The position numbers and the translations under genes were made by a program. A DNA stretch of 63,716 nt, the filler included. It is 15 parts of 15 records of this genome, joined end to end, with 100 filler letters (N's around TTAATTAATTAA, not from the genome) between each part and the next. Parts side by side here need not be neighbours in the genome. Positions count along the whole stretch, not along the records: positions 54,753 to 58,330 come from SRR7504441_61999; positions 58,431 to 63,716 come from SRR7504441_62019; 13 more parts are not named here. One strand, given 5' to 3'. Of the stretch, positions 58,255 through 63,716 are shown in pieces. The first letter of the stretch is position 1. Each line of letters opens with the position of its first letter. The notes under the pieces were generated by a model that made no database searches, was not told the DNA's origin, and worked only from the letters and a program-made list of their open reading frames with translations.

Positions 58255-58430
58255 GCCGATGCCCGTTGGGGATCATCGAGTTCCGCCCGGAAGGTGGTGA
58301 GGGCGTGGGAGCCGGTGCATGGCTCGCTCGNNNNNNNNNNNNNNNNNNNNNNNNNNNNNNNNNNNNNNNNNNNNTTAATTAATTAANNNNNNNNNNNNNN
58401 NNNNNNNNNNNNNNNNNNNNNNNNNNNNNN

Positions 58431-60232
58431 TCAAACTCATTGAACACCTCAACCAGCCTCTTCCGACGCTCGTGCATAGTACGCTCCTCCCTGCGCTCTT
58501 GAGGAGATTGTCGCTCTGTGCGCAATGGTGATTCAGCAATTTGCACGTCCGTCAGCCCACGTGCCCGGCCTTCATCCTCAGCCACCCGGACGTCCCACAG
58601 CCGCGCAGTGCAGTCATGCGACACCGAGGCCAGCACCGGGCCGGCCGGCGAGAAAGCACACCCAAACACTGATAGCGTGTGTCCCCCAAGTGCCCCAACG
58701 CACATGTACTTGTGTCCCTGCCCAGACGAGCGCCAAAGTCGGACCGCCAAGTCGTCCCCAGAAGATGCAAGCAGCTGCCCGTCGCTCGAAAAGCAGACTG
58801 AGAGCACCTGGCCCCGGTGGGCGCGCAGCGTCGCCACCGGAGTGCGCATAAACCCGCCCCTGGCCAGCCCAAATAGCCGCACTCCACTGTCGTGCGCGCC
58901 CGAGGCGAGCAGCTTGGAGTTGGGGCTGAATGCGCAGCTCATCACGGTGGTGTTGTGCTCCAGTACAGCAGCACAACTCCAGTCTGAACATCGCCATATT
59001 CGCAGCTCGCCGTCGTCGCCACATGAAGACAGCCACCGGCCGTCTCCACTGAAGCTGCAGTCCCAGAGCCGCGCTGAATGGCCCTTAAGGATGTGCACCG
59101 TCTTGCCGTTGCGAGGGTCCCACATCCTGACTGTGCCGTCATAACTAGCCGTGACGCAGATCTTGCCGTCGGGCGAAAAACCACAGCCGCGCACGGCGTC
59201 CGTGTGCCCCCAGAGCACTTGGACGCACTTCCAACACGTGGTGTCCCAGATCCTAACAGTCTCATCATGAGATCCCGTGGCCAGCAAGCTTCCGTCCGGG
59301 GAGAAAGCGCACGCATAAACCGAATCGCTGTGCCCCTTGAGTACAGACACGCAGCGGCCCGTCCGACGGTCCCACAGCCGGGTCTGTCGGTCATGTCCCG
59401 TCGAGACCACCGTCTGCCCGTCTGGGTGCCAGCAGCACGATATCGCCCAGCCCTGGTGCCCTGCAAGCAGTCCCAGCTCGGCCTGCAGCTCTAGTCAGCA
59501 CCGCACCCGCCAAGGCAGAGCACCTGCGTCTGCGAGACAGGCGAGAGCGTCGGGTCCCATCCGGAGCTCAAATCGTCCACGCTCAAAGCCAATTCCGTAG
59601 GAGAGAGCACTTTTGCACAGCTCGATCCATCAGCTGCGCTACCACGGCTGCTCTTGCCCTCATTAGCTGCGCTGCTACAGCTGCTTTTGGCCCCGTCAGC
59701 AGCCATCGACGCTGCGTTTGCCCTGGCTCTTTCTTCTCTAGCTTTCCACTTGGCCTCATCAGCTGCACTGGTGCTCACGCCGCCCTCCATCCGCCCGATC
59801 CACTTGGCTTCTTCATCGGTCGATGCGCCGAATCTAACACACGACAGGCTCAGGGGGCGCCCTAGCTACGACAGACGCGACTGACTGGCAAGTGGAGGCC
59901 TCAGAGTCACCATTCGACACACTTGTTGTGCGACCAAGCACATTCAGCAGCGCGGGTGTAAATTAGTCATCACAGGCCCAGACCCGACCCGACCCTGACT
60001 CATCGCCCACCTCCGGCTACTCCGCTCGGACCGACGATCCAGCCGACCGCCAAGCTCCGATCCGCGAGAGCATCTGTCGCCCGAGTCTGCCTGCTGGGGC
60101 GGCACTGGGCCACCGGGACTCGGCGCCCCCGGGGCTGGCCTTGCCGGGCCTGCTCTCTACCGGGCCGGCGCGCCACTGTCGTCTCAACGGTCGCTCGACC
60201 GAGGCCGGCGGCTGGTCGTCCCAGCGGGCCAT
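58431..60232 (-). CDS. WD40 repeat protein, 3'-partial, start uncertain
   Basis: At least seven clear GH...WD repeats in 58600-59480; upstream low-complexity SAA repeats. Confidence 0.85.
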
Positions 60233-60385
60233 TTCAGCTCAGGCCCGCGGTCGACCACACCGGTGCCACATTGCGCCACCAGACAGTCGGCCGTTCAGCT
60301 CGACCGTTCGTGCCGTTGCAACGGACAACAGTACTGTGGTCCAGCACCCGGGACAGGCCCGCCCGGCGCGCTCAGGCCGTTCGGG

Positions 60386-60929
60386 ATGGTGGTGTATAGC
60401 CTGTTCATCAACAACAAGGCCGGTGGGCTGGTCTTCCACCAGGCGCCTCCCCCCCCGGGCGCAGGCCTCACCTCGGCCGGCAGGACTTTGTCGAAATGGA
60501 GCGGCTGCCCTCCAACGAGTACCTGCGGCTAGCCGGTGTGTTCGACTCCATGTGCCCCTCATGCCGCCCCCCCCCGCGCGACCCGCCCCGTCAGGTACGC
60601 CATAGCGCGCCGGACCTCGCCGACACCGCACACCGGCGATCCTGCGTGTAAGCGGCCGGGCCGGCTCACCGGCCGAGCCGCCGGGGGCAGGCGGGGGGAT
60701 CACGCAGCTGGATGCCGACAGCTTTAGTCTGCACTGCCTGCGCACGCTGACTGGGGTCAAGTTCTATATTCTGACAGACCCGCACTCGCTAGGGGCCCAG
60801 GCACTGCTGCAGGCGGCGTACGAGCTGTACGCCGACTATGTGCTCAAGAACCCGTTCTACGAGCTCGAGATGCCCATCCGGTGTGAACTGTTCAACACCG
60901 CCCTTCAGAAGCTGTTGACGAACAGCTAA
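60386..60929 (+). CDS. TRAPPC4: TRAPP complex subunit 4 (Trs23/synbindin), three introns
   Basis: [35 protein letters not shown] and [25 protein letters not shown]. Confidence 0.95.
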
Positions 60930-61199
60930 CTCACGGCGTGAATCGAGGAGCCGAGGAGTGGCACGGATTAATCATTAAAACTAACTCGTTTAACCACGTA
61001 GAAACCAAGTCAATGGTTTCGTAATGGTTTCGAACGTCGGAACTCAGATCTGCCTGCCTATACAGACGCTGATCATTCATCAGTGCTTGATTCCAGCTAC
61101 CGGCTTCCCCTTTAAATACGGCTAGTCGGCTACACCGCGTACCGCGATAAGATAACGGAAGCTGGACTGTGCTGACGGGGGGCGGCGTGTCCGTGGACG

Positions 61200-63115
61200 A
61201 TGGCAGGCCAGCCCGTGGCGATTGCGGTGGTGACTGCGCGGGGTGGGTCGAAGGGCCTGCCCAAAAAGAACATCCTGCCGCTGCTAGGCAAACCGCTGAT
61301 CGCCTGGACCATAGAGGCCTCGCTGGCTGCCCGCACCGTCCACCGCACCTTCGTCTCGACCGACTGCCCCGAGATCGCCGAGATATCGGTCCGATACGGC
61401 GCTGAGGTCCCCTGCCTGCGACCGGCCGAGCTGGCCCAGGACAACTCGCCGCATATCGACGCCGTGACCCACGCGATCCGGTGCTTTGCGGCCGAACTGG
61501 CCCCGGAGTTGGTGGTGCTGCTCCAACCGACCAGCCCGCTCCGAACCGCCGAGGACATCGATGCCGCGGTCGAGCTGGCTGTCAGCACCGGCTGTGCGTC
61601 GGTGGTGAGTGTGCGCGAAGCAGGGCAGCACCCGTTCAAGATGTTTTGCTTGGACGAGCAAGGCAGCATGGAGCTGCTGGCGATCAGCAATATGACAAAG
61701 GCCAGTGGCCGGTAGTTACTGCAGCCTGAGCTGGCTGGGACAGACTGTTGAGTACCCCCGACGACAGGATCTCCCGCCTGCATACCAGGAGAACGGTGCA
61801 ATATACATTCACCGATGCAGCGACCTCCTGCAGGCTGGTAAATACCGCAGGTTGGGTGTGTGTGAGCACCACTCCAGGAGGCAAAGACTTGCCATTCAGA
61901 CGACACTGCTCGGGTGAGCTCTGTCCGGATAAGAGCTGCAAGCCCTATGTGATGCCAAAGGACCGCAGTGCTGATGTAGACACGATTGATGATCTGAGGC
62001 TGTGTGAAGCCATGATGCGTCAGATGTGTCGAGCCACGACACAGTCTGCGACCCGCTCTTTGCTCGGGTGACCATTGCTGCAGGGACGCACAGGTCTTTG
62101 GACGGGCATGTACGCTTATCATAGAAACTGATGACATCCAGCATGCGGTACGATTGGGTAATGCCAATCTTGATACTGCATGTTGACCCTTGCGTGCAGG
62201 TTGCTGCTGTGTGGAGCCTATTCACCGGTACCCCAATACTAAGCTCCTGCTCACTCTCTGTTTTCTGGTTCAGCGGAGATGTAGAGCAATTCCGCAAGTT
62301 TGTATCCGAAGCCCAGTCGCATGGCTTGGTATGTCACCTGGAATTGGTCTCCGCCAATGCTCCGGGTGCAGGCTGTGTGCTCTCGACCCAAGACTTGCAC
62401 CGAAGCTTCTGAATGCGCAGAGCTCGGGGTCGAATTATTTCAGGTGGCCGTAAGAGGGCGCATGCGAGACAGCAGCCATCGAGCGCATGGGGGCTCACGC
62501 AGGTGGGATTGGATCAAGCAGAGCTGCCGGAGTTGCTGAACCGGATGATAGAGCTCAAGATTCCAATCGTGATTGCAGCAGAACCGGTACCACGCAGTCA
62601 GTGCCATCGCTGACAGAATGCAGTGTAATGAGACCAAGGTGCTCAAAATTCTCAACCAGGTGCGCTTGGCTGGGATTGCAGCGATCTGGATGCTTCCAAG
62701 CTCAGAGGTGTGATCACTAAGCTGTCCCAGGCTAACCGAATTGCTATGTCCAGGAAAACGGCTTGTTAGAGGTACTCAAGCATGCGCAAGCTGTACGTCC
62801 AGACGTGCATATCGGATTGAGGTAGCCCTGCACTGCCTGAATCCTGCCCCAACTTTTGTGTGCCAGCGGCTGCTCTGATCCTGCCATCTGTCTCGGTGCT
62901 GTAGCCCTGGGAGCGGCAATCGTTCGAGTTGCACGCAATGCCGGTGCCTGCCTAGTCTTGTCTGCTGAAATCAGATGAGAACTGTGGCAGATGAAAGCTT
63001 GGTCACTATGCTATCACAAGGTTGCAGGTGATTCTTATTTGCTTGACTGATTTTACGTCTCACGCTGGTGAATTGTTCATGTAGGTCTATCTCTGCGGCT
63101 TTAAACAAAGGATAA
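61200..63115 (+). CDS. neuA: Acylneuraminate cytidylyltransferase (CMP-sialic acid synthetase) with a predicted C-terminal degenerate NeuB/KDSA-like barrel
   Basis: ARGGSKGLPKKNI, LLQPTSPLR, RRQDLPPAYQENGAIY and SADVDTIDD; spliced extension ends HIGLSGCSDPAICLGAVALGAAIV...RSISAALNKG*. Confidence 0.8.
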
Positions 63116-63343
63116 GAGACTGACTATTGACTTAATTACAAGTAGTTGATTCTAATAGATTCGTGATTACAGTACGAGCCGGCACATGCAACAACTGAAT
63201 TTCAGCTGATAAAACCTATATATTTCGTTGAACTGCATCTTCAAAATCAAAAATATACAGAGCCCGACTAAGCTATTACAAAGTCATTTATTATTATATA
63301 ATTATTATAAGCATTGATCATCTATATTGATCATCCCAATTAT

Positions 63344-63716
63344 TTAAGTGAAGAGCCATTCGATGGCCTTCTCTGCATCTCCCCCGCTGGCTTCGAGTGC
63401 CTTTGCCCTTAATGCTGCATCCGTAAAGCCCATCTTCTCGAGCTGTCCAACTGTCAGAGCGCACCAGCGCACCAGGCGCACCTCAGCGTGCTGCGCTGAC
63501 CAGTCTTGCCCCTGAGGCCCCACCTGACCCATCTGCGCTGCAGTCATCATCGCAGACTGCTCGGCTCCAGCCGGCGCAACGCCTGCCCACCCGCTGGTAC
63601 CCACCCGCAGTGGAGCCGCACCGCTGCTGGCCCAGTCCTTGAGCCGCTGCTCGGCCGCAGAGAGGCCGCCGCTCGGCCGGGCGGGCGGGCTGGGCTCGGG
63701 CTTTTGCTGCTGGAAG
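63344..63716 (-). CDS. 3' end of a protein with a C-terminal UBA domain
   Basis: QLEKMGFTDAALRAKALEASGGDAEKAIEWL. Confidence 0.85.
   Translation of the reverse strand, partial: FQQQKPEPSPPARPSGGLSAAEQRLKDWASSGAAPLRVGTSGWAGVAPAGAEQSAMMTAAQMGQVGPQGQDWSAQHAEVRLVRWCALTVGQLEKMGFTDAALRAKALEASGGDAEKAIEWLFT

Noticed and set aside
3210-58430. Regularly recurring TTAATTAATTAA as a biological repeat or array
   Set aside because: Always embedded in exactly 44+44 N; it is an assembly concatenation spacer.
1-63716. Treating the window as one gene cluster
   Set aside because: Fifteen unrelated contigs; adjacency across spacers carries no information.

Overview
This is not one locus. It is 15 short contigs (about 3.2-5.4 kb each) joined by an artificial 100-nt spacer (N44-TTAATTAATTAA-N44), so neighbourhood only means something inside a contig. 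The DNA is from a GC-rich, very compact eukaryote, probably a protist genome bin. Many genes are broken by tiny spliceosomal introns (mostly 37-46 nt, GT-AG and frequent GC-AG), which is why the ORF track is fragmented, and divergent genes often have start codons only 34-150 bp apart. Recognisable genes: 5'-nucleotidase, sedolisin (S53), GH32, GH27, GH2, a tandem-USP protein, a PBZ zinc-finger protein, TAF2, a histidine phosphatase, a TPR/PhyH-like dioxygenase, a membrane-anchored aldo/keto reductase, a G-patch/KH protein, a histidine kinase/receiver tail, a MATE transporter, chorismate synthase, an ACL5-like aminopropyltransferase, two WD40 proteins, TRAPPC4, a CMP-sialic acid synthetase and a UBA protein. 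Three observations stand out. (1) Manual splicing joins a GPC1-like membrane acyltransferase, a previously invisible acyl-carrier domain (LGLDS) and a bacterial Aas-type acyl-ACP synthetase into one reading frame (3310-7538). (2) An intronless 1060-aa protein has two ABC-ATPase domains, a GNAT domain and an MBD-like motif, making it a candidate DNA/chromatin modifier (35299-38481). (3) NeuA appears fused to a degenerate NeuB/KDSA-like barrel (61200-63115). All gene models were spliced by eye and all family calls come from motif recognition; no searches were run.
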